In this document: piece by piece, positions 37,291 to 48,800 of the stretch
Numbering within the stretch: position 1 is the stretch's first letter
How the letters are laid out: every line of letters begins with the position of its first letter
Assembly (NCBI GenBank): GCA_036172245.1
Contig: JAYWIR010000056.1
Span: forward strand, 186,001 to 250,000
DNA length: 64,000 bases
From: Raillietiella orientalis
Taxonomy: Eukaryota
Direction: 5' to 3'
Translations under genes and position numbers: made by a program
The notes under the pieces: generated by a model
Seen by the model: the letters and a program-made list of their open reading frames with translations, nothing else
Databases searched by the model: none
Told to the model about the DNA's origin: nothing

Positions 37291-40200
37291 CAGGGTTTTT
37301 GCAGATTCTTCCTTACCGCTTGTTAAGACTTCTAAGGCTGTTCATTCACCGACCAGACCAAAGAAAGGGAGCGAAAATAGTTCGCGCTCGTGCTTTTCTC
37401 ACCCTGTCGTGGAAAACTTCTCTAAGAATGCACTTTTTTTCTAAATTCCCTTCGGGAGGACAGCGATTTTTTCCGCTTGTGGGCTATCTGACCAAAAACA
37501 CACCCCATCTTGTTCTCCAGACTCCCTTTGTTTCCAAAAGCAAACAAGCAGGAATGGATGCACGGATGCTGTGTGGAGGCACAAAGGAAAGGCCAAAGTC
37601 TGTGAATGGAATAGAAGAAACGCGCAGTGCTTTGCATATCCGGCAAATTTTTCAGCATCAGTAGTGCGAGGTCAGAACGCGGCCCCTCTATTCCAGTTGG
37701 CTCTACAAAAGAACTACTAATAACAGCAGAGCTGTATTCCACTCTAGGATATTAATCTTTATTTTTGGCTGGCGCATGTGCTCCAGTAGTGGGGAGGTTT
37801 TAATTATTCCCTTTTCTCTCCGCGGCTGACATTTTGTTTACAGATTTATAATCGATAGCCCGAGCTTTCTGGATGATTTAGAGATTAGATTTAGAGGTCA
37901 TACAATCAGCGTCCTTCCGACCTGGAGATTTATTTTTCCTGGGGTGCCCACTGTAACGCGATGGATAAAAAAGCGCTCGAGGCGCTCTCGGTACGCGAAG
38001 AGCAGGAGCGCGTCCACGGAGACCCAGGAAGTAAGAATCTCTTCACGGACGTTACCTGTGACTGAGTTCAATCCCACCTTTTATCACGGAGTGACTCAAC
38101 CAGTGATCCCTCTGGGATGCTTGCAAATAATTATGTAAATATTTATTCTTTTTCGAATCTATGGAATGTTCCTCTTCTTAAAGATGAGTATCCCTCCCCA
38201 TTTGCATGCTTGAGATGCATCTCACAATTCATTCCTGCGTCATCCCCAATTCTGTCAGCCCATTTCAAATCAGTCCCCCGAATACACAACCGGTGTATAA
38301 CCGAAAGTGATAATATGAACCATGGAGGTGAATAGATTGACCCTTTCTAAAGTACGGAGAATCGCCAAGTGGTTAGTGCAGCTACTACACATTTTGATGA
38401 CCGATTTTTCCAATGGGAGGGGGAATAGAAAGGGGTGGTGTGAAGGTAAATTTTTGCATCTTAATGACATCAACGGAAGGTGAAGTTCCGAACCAGCAGT
38501 GGCATCATTCTTATTCCTGTTATGTCGGAAGTGACACGAGGGTGTGCACGATCTCATACGGAAAAGGTGAATACCATAGCACATTTTCACACTGTCATCA
38601 ATATGTGTAGGAGGGGAGGGCAGGGGGCGGAGATAATATGTGTGCGAAGAACAAGTATAAGATGATAGGGCTGGATTCTGAGAAAGCAGAGGCACGCTCC
38701 TATGATCTACGTGCTGATGACTGTTTTATTCCAGAAATGGGGTGCTGCTTCGCAAATGGTATCGCCAAGGAAGAAGAAAAATAAAGGCATCATTGATTCG
38801 TTTTGGAGGAAACGACTCCCAAGCACTCGTTGTTCCAGGATCATTGCAAATCCCTCTCAAGTTCTCATTGCGTTGGTTCAGACCTGACTCCCGTCGAGCG
38901 GAGTTGTCACAGACTTCAGATTGAGGGTTCACATCTTCGGAGCCATTCCTCGAAACTCCGGCGGAAAAAAAAAATTATGGACTGGATTGATTCGCTGATA
39001 GAAAAAGAAAAGGAAAAAAAAAGAAAACGAATATCATCGCTTTCCAAAACGCGGAGACGAATAAAGTCTGCTGCTACTCGTCTTTTCCACTTGGGTTTGA
39101 TTCCACTCCAGACGCCGATTGTGATCGTGACACTCACCTGGTGACGGGTTCCTGTTTTCCGAAGGCTGGAACTCTTGATCCTCATTCTTCCCTCCCGGAA
39201 TGCAGTGAAGGAAGGTTCGAGAACGCTCGTGTTGAGCTAAATCACGGAAAAATGTTGGTAAAATATTCCGAGCCAGCATTTTTCTCAGGAGTGCACTACA
39301 AATGCCCGTAAATGTATAGTAGTAATAAATTTTCTAGGCTAATTTAGAACAACTCTTTAGGTGTATCGAGGCACGAGTGCAACTTGGGGCAGAAGGGCAG
39401 AGGACCTCTGCTATTTCGCATCTCTACTTACTTTACCATCTGTTTTGCTCTTTGTCGTTTAGCACCTTTCATTCCCTTTTCCTCTAAATACGAAAGCTCA
39501 CTTGAAGAGCATTCATGGTGGCGCCATTCGATGGAAAGTGGACGTTGCCAAGGCAACAGGAGAACGAAGCATGCAACACACCTAATCAGCATCCATTTGG
39601 GTCTCTCCCCACCCAGCTTTTAGGAGGTTCAGGAGGCAGCGAAAAGAATACATATTGAATTTTCAAAGCATTTTGTTACTCAGTTCCATTGTGAGAAAAT
39701 GCTTCGTTTCGTTTTGCTTGCTTTTTTCCAGGTGTTTAATACTTGCCGATTCTCAGGTGCCTGGAGCTAAGATGACCGGGTAACTTGCGTGGCATCTAAG
39801 CCACCTTGGTCCCCGACTTGGATAACTCACCTTGCTTCGTGAGGCTCAGATGTCTCATCCGACGAGTACACCACGTACACGATCGAGAACGAGTGTTTCT
39901 CTCGCCTCGCGAACGGGGATGGTTCCATTTACTGGCACAGGGAAAAACTTGAGCTATCCAAGCAGTGGCAAACGGGCATTCTTCGGATTGCGTTCCCTCA
40001 GAAGTAGGACGGTGAAATCCACAAGGATGATTTGTCAAGCAGCGCTGTTTCGTGATCCGCCTTTCCAACTTTTTCGTAATTCGTTTTTTTTTTTTTTTTT
40101 TTTTTTTTTTACGATTCTTGTGTCAGAAAGCTGCGAATTCCTCAGCATACATTCCATGTAAAAATACCGTCGTAGAGAATCTGTAGCAACGCAGCCAAGA

Positions 40201-42137
40201 AGCTCTGTGCGTGAAGGCTAGCTGATGAACGGGATCCATCCCTTCCCAGTCTTCCTTGCTCTTTCGAGCCTCGGAAGCAGATTTTTGCTTGGAATTCTGC
40301 TCTTTCCTCTCGTGTCATGCAAGCTTCAGGCCGTGCTTAACATAGTGTAACCCTTTTCAAAAATATGGAAGCGTAAATTCCATAAAGTTCTTCAGTCTTT
40401 TGTCCTTATAGGAGATCTCGCTCTCTGTGCTCCCTGAAGGGATAAGCGACATGAAATGTAATATGTAAATAGCCGCATCGGAAAGCAGCCGCTCAGAAAG
40501 ATGAAGATTTTCAGCATGTCCTGTTCTAGACAGTATCTGAGATACTTTCATGGTCCATACACAACAGCTTTCGGGAGCTCATAAGAGCAGTGAATACTAC
40601 TCCCGTGAAGACCTACTTACGAGAGCAGTTTCTACATCCTTGAGCTTTGCCTAGGGATAACCCCAATGAAACGTCTAAAAAGAGGCTCTAAAAACAGCCT
40701 TAAAAAGCACCTAAGCAGCCAAAAAAGATTTTATCTGTTACTGCAGGCGGATGAGGATGCGAGTAAGAGACCGTCCATTGCATCAATTGTAGCAGTAATA
40801 TGGTCAAGGAGTTGTTTTTTAAATCTTTTGCCTGCTGAGCTGTTACAGAACGGAATGCTTCAATAGGAGCACGAAAGTGTTGTAACGTACCAGGACTCTT
40901 TTCGAGAAAACACTCGAATCTGTAATTCTTTCCGAGATTCTCCCTCCAGCTGAGATAAAGCTCCAGATACCGACTCTTCTTTGTGGGAGGACCATCAAAG
41001 AAACGGTGAACCAGTGTGGTATGGCTCTGTTCGAAAACGCTCATTTTGAAGTACAATGTTGGGACTAACGTAACAAAAAGTTTCCCGGGGTTTAGAAAAT
41101 GACACCTTCCCCTTCTTGAAATTTAGTCCAAAGTAGTCTCCAAAGATGCTGAAGACTTCGAAATACTGAAAGAATTAAAAAAAAAAAAAAAAAAACCCTC
41201 TAAAAAGAGGCCATCATGTAAAAAAAGAAAAAAAGGCTTTTGCCTACAGAAATGTAAAAATATGCATCGATTCACGATCATTGAGTGCATTCAGCTGCGC
41301 TCCGATTGCTTTTCTGATCACTTTCAGCTTCACCATCACCTCTTTGCTCTGCACAAATTGCTTGAGGGACTTATTTATGTCGAGAGACCTTCAGAAACAT
41401 TACGTGGTTCTCAGCACATTACATCCTTTTGAGTTTTTCGGGGAGGGGAGGTCAGGGAATGGATCACTGTTCTCCTGGATTGGTCCTCTGCATCCTCTTC
41501 AGGATGCTCACAAGTGCTGCTCTGGTATTATTCCGGTGGAGCCACCATGTCGCGGTCTCCAAAAAGATCGTCGTCCAGTGGATGGCGTCTCCGCTCCGTC
41601 TTTTTTGGCCTCTTCTTTCATATAAAACATATTCCTCCCTCTTTTAATTCTTTTTGTTTATTTTGGTTTGGCTTTTCCCTTCCCCTTCGCCGCTGGGGAG
41701 AACCTCACCGGTCGTAGAACCGGTTTATGGTTATTTTGTCACTCCCCAGCGTGGTAGGACCAAGTGTTCTACCACGAAAAACATAATTTTGACTTCATTG
41801 TAAAATTTGAGTAAAAAATTTTTATAATAAATGCCATGGAGTATCCGGGTGATAAACATCCTTTTGAGTCATCTGCTTATCTTGTTATCATGAAGAAAGC
41901 TTAGTAAAGATTACTTTGGAAAAAGCATTTCCGTTCAAAAAGCGTTTCTTCTTTCATGAATTGTTTTTCGAAAGAATGAAAGGAAAAAAAAAAAAAGTGG
42001 AGGACGAATATGAACCAATGCTCGAAGTGTTTTCGAAAAATCAATGCAAGCATTAATGCTCAATACCAAATCAATAAAATAATTCAAACGCTTCACGCAT
42101 TCACTTCAGTGAGACGAAAAGACACTCTTTCCATCAG

Positions 42138-45100
42138 ATTGATTTCTCTTTGAATTACTATACACATCTTGGAAGCCATTTTTGTCACTCCGTTGGCACT
42201 ACATTCATCAGGGAATTGGTAAGCGTTATCCGACGTATCCAAAAATGGAACTGCTTTACATTAAGCTGACGTAAAAATCACCAACTTTGAAAAACTGTGG
42301 TCTATATATTCATTTTCTTCTGTGATGTCATAAGCATTCATCTTATGAAAACGGTTTCCCAGGATGTAAAACTAGCTGTACGCAAAATACAATTTACTTG
42401 AGATTATAGGATTGGTACTATATGTTCGTGAGACAAAAAACAGAGAAAACAAACCGATCCTAAAACCAACACGCATGTATTTTAAAGTCAAAGTTGATTA
42501 TTTCATACTTCAGCTAATTACAACATATTTATCGTTGTGGATTTCGAAATGCTTATTACAACCAAACTTTGTATATGTTCCCTTTGTAGTATAGTCCAAT
42601 ACAGGAAATCATGGAGAACAGGGAAAAAAATATTTGTTGCCAAATGCTTTTGCACGTTTTCAGATTGATGCACTCTTATGGAATCCTCTTAATCATTTCA
42701 TCTACCTACCTCACCAAACTAGTGGTAGAAGACGATGTGTTTTGCTGCTTAGTGTTTAAAAACACTCGCAGTCTTTGTACAGAATTGAGGGGTGTTTATT
42801 TAGCTTCAACGTTTTATGAGTGTTAATGAATGCTTTGAGGAATATAAAGCCGAAAGAATTTTCGAATTTTATATGGACTCATGAGCGTTGTATTAAATCT
42901 ACAAAAATTGTCGAAAGCTTCACGTGATTGTGAGAAAAAATCCCATTTCTTAATTTACCAATATGGAATACACTGGGTTTGGGACTTCTACAGCATTACT
43001 TGTACGTTGTATTTGGTTTGTATTTGCACGTTTCTCTGAAACAGATGAGGCAGAAGGCATCCCTAATTTATAGTCAGCTCCTGTAAGTATTAGCAGGTTT
43101 GAAAAGTCCTTTCCCCCATGAGTTACTGCTGTGACAGCTCGTCCTACCCGGACAATATGACTTTTACGTACGAAATAGAAGGCACATTCTATAACCCGAT
43201 GTCAATTTTCCACAACTCAATCCTGTTTGTGCAGTTCCACCTAACTGCTACAGAAGAGTGAAAGCAAACCCATACAGGTGGCATCATCCCCCAGCTGTGT
43301 TTCTGTGAAAGCGGGATAATTTACAATAAAAAAAAAAAAAAAAGTCTAAAAACACTTCCCATCTGAGTTTGTACTTGGCAATGTTAATATCAGTGTGGTG
43401 GGCCATAAACGCAACAAAGGATACAAAGTAAATGGTTAATCGATTGACTGGTGGTATATCAGTGGAGCAATGTAATTCTCGTTTTGAGTTCCATGGACTA
43501 CATGCTTGTTAAGTAGGCAGTTTGTTTGTCTTTTTTTTAACCAATTTGAAATGAAAAGAAAATACTTAACTTTCAGAAATATGTTATATAACAAAGCAAC
43601 TTACAATTTCTCAATGAAAGTTACAACATTAATTGCATTGGTATCATAGTAACTGTAATGACAAAATTCTGAAAACTTTAGAGAGTAATGTAAGTTTAAA
43701 CAACACTTGCCCTAATCAAATGAATACCTTACTTATAACGACCGATAATGATTCATTGCAATGTACTTAAGTATATTTAAGAGATCGATATTAGTTGTAA
43801 CAGAAAAGACTCCTACGATATGCAATCGTGGGGGTATTTTCTGCAGTTTTGCAAGCAAAACATAAAGCGTTCGTTTGTAAAAAAAGAAAAAAAAAAAAAA
43901 TTGCATCCTTAGATCATGTTTGAAACCCACTTAAAACTGACAAGCTAATTCTGAGAAATCCTGGTACTTTGCAATTTGCTGTATGTTTCGAAGGCAGTTT
44001 TTTTCCGGATCTTGCTTAGCAGTATGATTCCACATAGAAGCAATGTAACTATAGTGATCATACAAAGTATGGTTTCTGTGTTATATTGTAACATCGGTTG
44101 TGACCAAGAATAACTAAAAAAAAAAAAAATGAAAAAAAACAAAAATATTAAGTGATGTAAACCACCTGCATGAGTCTTTTGCTGTACAACTTCCAGCAGA
44201 ACTATTGCATCTATCTGAAATTTCCAGCAACTGATCACAATATATTCCTGTATAAGGCAAATCACACATGCAAGTAGAGTTTGCATTACAACTACCATGC
44301 ACACATAGCATGGAGCAGTCTCTCAAGATGTGTGTATCAGTATTTATACTGATCTGGGGAGTATGGTTTGGTTCATGTGATTCTGCTGTTGGGACATCAC
44401 AAGATAGAGAGGGAACAGCTAATCCATTTGAACTCCACTTCTTAAGATTGAATATTTGTCGCAGCTTCCATCTTCCTGCTATCACCACAGCTAGCCATAC
44501 TTCTGCATGATCCACGTCAATCCAGAACAAACTTTGCCTGCCTGCATCTAGATTGGCTACAAACTGTTTTTCAGCTTCTATCAGAAGATGCACTTCATTG
44601 TTGCTGTATGTTTTGATTCTGCAAGAGCCTGTAGATTCTTTAAGCAAGCAACTCATTTACCTAAACTGGGTTCTAAATGGATGCTCAGCCCAAAACATCC
44701 CCAAAGGATTGATAGCTAGGGCAGTGATCAGATACTGATTTGTGTACATAGTAATTTGCTTTTGTTCATCATTGAGAGTAATGCAGACAATATTTACGGA
44801 ACTCTCTATCCAACATAACTTTCTATACAAAAATTCCAATCAAATTCTTGTTTATTCAAAATTCAACTTTATGAAATTAAGTTATTAAAGTTACCTGCTG
44901 CAAGAATCCAGGGACAAGGAATGAATTGATTGCTGATGCCTTTTCAGTAGATGGGTAATGCACATGGATGGGAATTTTTTTGACTGTTTACTTGAACACT
45001 GGCAATAAAACATGTTTGTTCCATTGATATCAATCCAGTATATTGTATTTGTAAAATAGTCAAGTTTCATCTCTTTGATTGAAGGAGTTTTTTCTGCAAA

Positions 45101-45878
45101 CATTATTTATGGCAAATGATCACAAATGCCAACTGCCCTGTTATTTTGTACTGCATACCTGCAAGCAATTCTGGCGTGATGATTGTGTAGTTAATTATCT
45201 TCGCACCATAGATAGAAGAATCATTTACATTCTGCTTCCCCCAAACTAGGAAATTTTCTGTAGCATCAAGACTAGAGATATCATTTTCCATTTCCAATAT
45301 TAACCTGGTGTTTACAGAGTTATTTGCATAAATGGCTAAAAAAATCTTTGGTCCATCACTGAAGAATACTAAGAGATGATTTAATAATGGCAATACAATT
45401 GATAGTACTCCTGCCTGCATGTTTTTGCTTAGAATCTTTTGTTGCACATAAGCAGCTACAGCAACAAGCCATAAATGTGAAAAATACTTTCCACGTGAAG
45501 TATATTTTACACTGGTTCATATTATTTTTCAGGTTCAGCGTTCCAAGATTCTACATGATGCATTTGATCAAGGCCAGTTTGAAAGCCTTAGAGAAGAGAA
45601 ACATGATAATTCAGACATGCAATGACACTGAAAATTTTCAATCTCAATCGAAATTTCAAGTTATGACAGAATATGTGGCTTTGCAGTGGCTGTTTTCACA
45701 ATTCTTTAAATTGATGCAAACGTTAATAAAGAGAATTAACTACCTGATTATATATTCATGTATCACACATAATCTTAGTTACATGTGCATCAATCTAGTT
45801 GAAGTTAACAAGTCAAGTGGAAACAAAGCACAAGTGTCGTTTTTTTTTTTTTTAAACCTTAATTGGCTCGTTGGTTGA
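42138..45878 (+). CDS. Putative multi-exon host gene of unknown product (weak resemblance to the AKAP14/AKAP28 domain)
   Basis: Exon candidates with AG/GT ends: 42138-42218 (GTAAGC), 42664-42724, 43045-43082 (GTAAGT), 43138-43200, 43804-43833 and 45533 onward (inside the 163-aa ORF 45387-45878). From 42664 the phases chain without stops: LMHSYGILLIISSTYLTKLV-MRQKASLIYSQLL-SSYPDNMTFTYEIEGTFYNPI-KDSYDMQSWG-FSVPRFYMMHLIK. Some donors are weak and the 5' part is unresolved. Confidence 0.35.
43945..45420 (-). CDS. Type I membrane protein: YWTD/LDLR class B-like beta-propeller + EGF domain + TM + short tail (cueball/LRP-related architecture)
   Basis: Phase-consistent exons 45420-45159, 45093-44895, 44822-44661, 44618-44166 and 44113-43945, with GT-AG introns of 65, 72, 42 and 52 nt. 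Blade motifs LDATENFLVW, LDYFTNTIYWID, LDSCSRKLCWIE, LAINPLGMFWAE, LDAGRQSLFWID. EGF CSMLCVHGSCNANSTCMCDLPYTGIYC. TM ILCMITIVTLLLCGIILL followed by SKIRKK; tail contains YSKL. The start is uncertain because acceptors at 45414/45410 allow an upstream exon. Confidence 0.8.
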
Positions 45879-48800
45879 CAGCCTTTTTAACACCAAATGC
45901 AACACAACAGCTATCTATCTAAAGTAGTGATAAGTACTCAGTACTGAAAGCCAAACTTGCATGATCTGAAGAGCACTATTACCCCTCTCGGTAGCTATGA
46001 ATTCTATGCAAAACTTGACGCTATTTCTGAAACTTTCCATGCACAAACAACGAAAAGTCGCTTTACTGGATATGATATAAATGTAAGGCTTACTACATGA
46101 AAGACGGCAGCTTCATGAGGACTGTCAAATTTGGTTCGGGTACGTAAACCAATGCTTGAATTATAAGGGCTTGCAGTGCAAGGTGCAGAACCACAGTTTT
46201 ATATTCGGAGAATATAAGTGTACATACATGCGATTCTGAAACCAGGAATGGCTAAAATTGTTGAACACGTTTGAAATTTTTGCATACATGCATACCGTTT
46301 CGAAAACACACCGATCAATGGCTTCCTAATGCTTTTGCAGCAGCTGGAAAGAGAGAGAGAGAAAAAAAAATCCATTGCACATATCGCTTCCAGCAATAAC
46401 TGCAACTGCATGGATGGAACACAACGAAGTGTCAGTTGGTACGTGCAAGGAGCGCAGGCATGGTACGCAAAGGGTGCAGTGGTACGTTTTTCGCAAACCG
46501 GATGCGACTCGACCAAGTCCAAACGAAATAGGAAGGGTGAAAAGAAACAAATATTACCAATTTTTACCGTTTGTGGAACGAAAACAATACGTGAAAAATC
46601 GAAACGAGACAGCAGCAAGGTCAAAGACGGTCAAAGGGAACGACAACTTTTAACCGAAGGCAATCATTAAAAAAAAAAGGAAACGCTCGCAGATGAATGG
46701 AAGATGAAAAGATGAGCAATTGTAAGAGAACGAAGTTTATTTTTTTAAGATGGAATTACGACCCTGGATGCCTTCGTAGAAGGTCTCTTTCTGTAAAGTC
46801 GTGGAAAGTGGAAAAGAGGACGACGGGAAAAACCTGAGAAGCAGTTGTGAAAGAAGTATGGATCCAAAAATTGAATCGCCCAACCAAAAGCAGAATTCAA
46901 CAAGAGCAGAACGCAATCATTGGAATCGTAATTTTTATTTTCGTATGCAAACCTTGCATGAATGGGAATTCCCCAGAAATTTTCACCCTCCAGAGAATCG
47001 AGGTGGGAATCCTTCGTGCAGCGCGCGGGTTCACAGAGGGACAAGAACGCATCTGACCCGAGGACTCGAACGAGTAGGCCTACTCTTTTTTCGTGTGTGT
47101 TTTACTATAAATGCTTCTTATCAGATTGGTTCGTTCGTCCGAGAAGCAATTCCCATCCCAGCTCAAAACCGTGCTCACACGACCCGCATGTTCAGCTTAC
47201 TGCACACTTAAAGCAGATGCAGGGACGTATCCTCTGGAGTTGTGTGATGATCATGTGTGATACCTTTTCATGCATTCAGATTAGAAAAAAAAAAAAAAAA
47301 AATGTAGCTGCAGGTGGCGGTCCATTGCTGTCTGCTCCTCCTATCTCAATACATGCTCGGGCCGGTACTTTCGTCGGTCTCTGAAAGCAGAATGCCTCCA
47401 TTCTTTCTCACAACGTTCAGTGACTCTGCCATCCTGACTGGAGGTCGCTTGGTCGTTCACTTGGTTGGGCAGTGGTTCTCCGTTTCTGTTATTTTGATGC
47501 GACGGATACCTTCCGAGTTGAATGCTCGAAAATGGTTCTGAAAGACTGTGGAGCAGCAGAACTACGATCACATTCGTAGTAAGCAAACACACTCCAACAG
47601 TTGAGTGTCCCAACGCGCTTCGAGTGACCAACTACCACCGTTCGCCTGTCCTTGCGACGTAATGTCTTACAACATGTGGTGTTTCAAAAAAGGAGGAACT
47701 TAAAATGGGAATGGGCAAAAAGTTAAGCATCGCTGCCATAACAGAAAAAGTGACAGAACGCAATTCACCCGAAGTGCTTACTGGTGACCTATTTAAAAAG
47801 CCCCAAGAATTCCATACATTGTGTGTGTGTGTTTTGGCCAAAAAGTGATAATTACACGTTCTTGTTAACCTGAGGATCGGAGCAATCAAAGCTCTTCTAT
47901 CGTTTGACACACTTCCGCTTATCGGTGCCATGAGTGAGGGAGTAGAAAGTCCTTATCATCGTGGAACTTCAATATGTAAAGAAGCGTAAGGAATTCTCTA
48001 TCAGGACGAATTTAAAAATCCAAAAGGAGAATGTGGTAATTTTCTAAATGCATACTTAGCTGTTGCCTTTGCGTGAAAAACAGAAGGCATAATAATTCCG
48101 AATGGAACAGTTTCGTAAGAAACGTAAACCCAAAGATTGTAAGTATGCAAAAAGGACACAAAAAGCTAAAAAAAAAACAAAAGCAGTTGGCTTTGTGGCG
48201 TTCCAATCCATATTCCAAGGAAACGCATTCCAAAAAACTGCTAAAGTCCACAAAATTTGAAATGAGAAGTATAGTATTCTGCAGTGACAAATCTGTGATA
48301 ACCATGGAAGCAATGAAACTGCTTCTTCAGTGGGTTCCTCAAAAATGATTATTACAGAATTATTATCATTATACTACCGGCATCCGTGTGAAATGAATTA
48401 CAACGAATCTCTCAGAAATCGAAAAGCATCATTTCACCCGAGATGACTCAAGAACCTGAAGGTCAACTGATGGTCGCGTTTTTGTCGACTTCAGGTCACG
48501 TGTGATTCAGATGTGCTGGTCATGCAGTTCCTCACGAGCATATTCTTTCGTATCCTTGTAAATTCTGCAGGTAGTGGATGTGCTTTCCACATAGTGAACT
48601 ATCCTTTATGCAAGAAGAGCGTCCTCCTTTCAACACAGCAGACGTCGGCATAAACGGTGCACAGAATCCCTATGGCGACGACTCCAGCCATGGAATCCGA
48701 TCTTCTAAATAGATGTGGCGGTTTCACCCGTCAGGAGATGCTTATGTGTTTTCTGGACGGTGGCTGACGAATTTCATTCTGCACGGACGCTGCACTTTTT

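Noticed and set aside
42950..43080. Minus-strand frame ending ...VEVPNPVYSIL, an NPxY motif that would suit the receptor tail
   Set aside because: The TM exon already has its own stop at 43945, I found no clean splice path to this segment, and its apparent acceptor is the reverse complement of the + strand donor CT|GTAAGT. Unresolved without RNA data.
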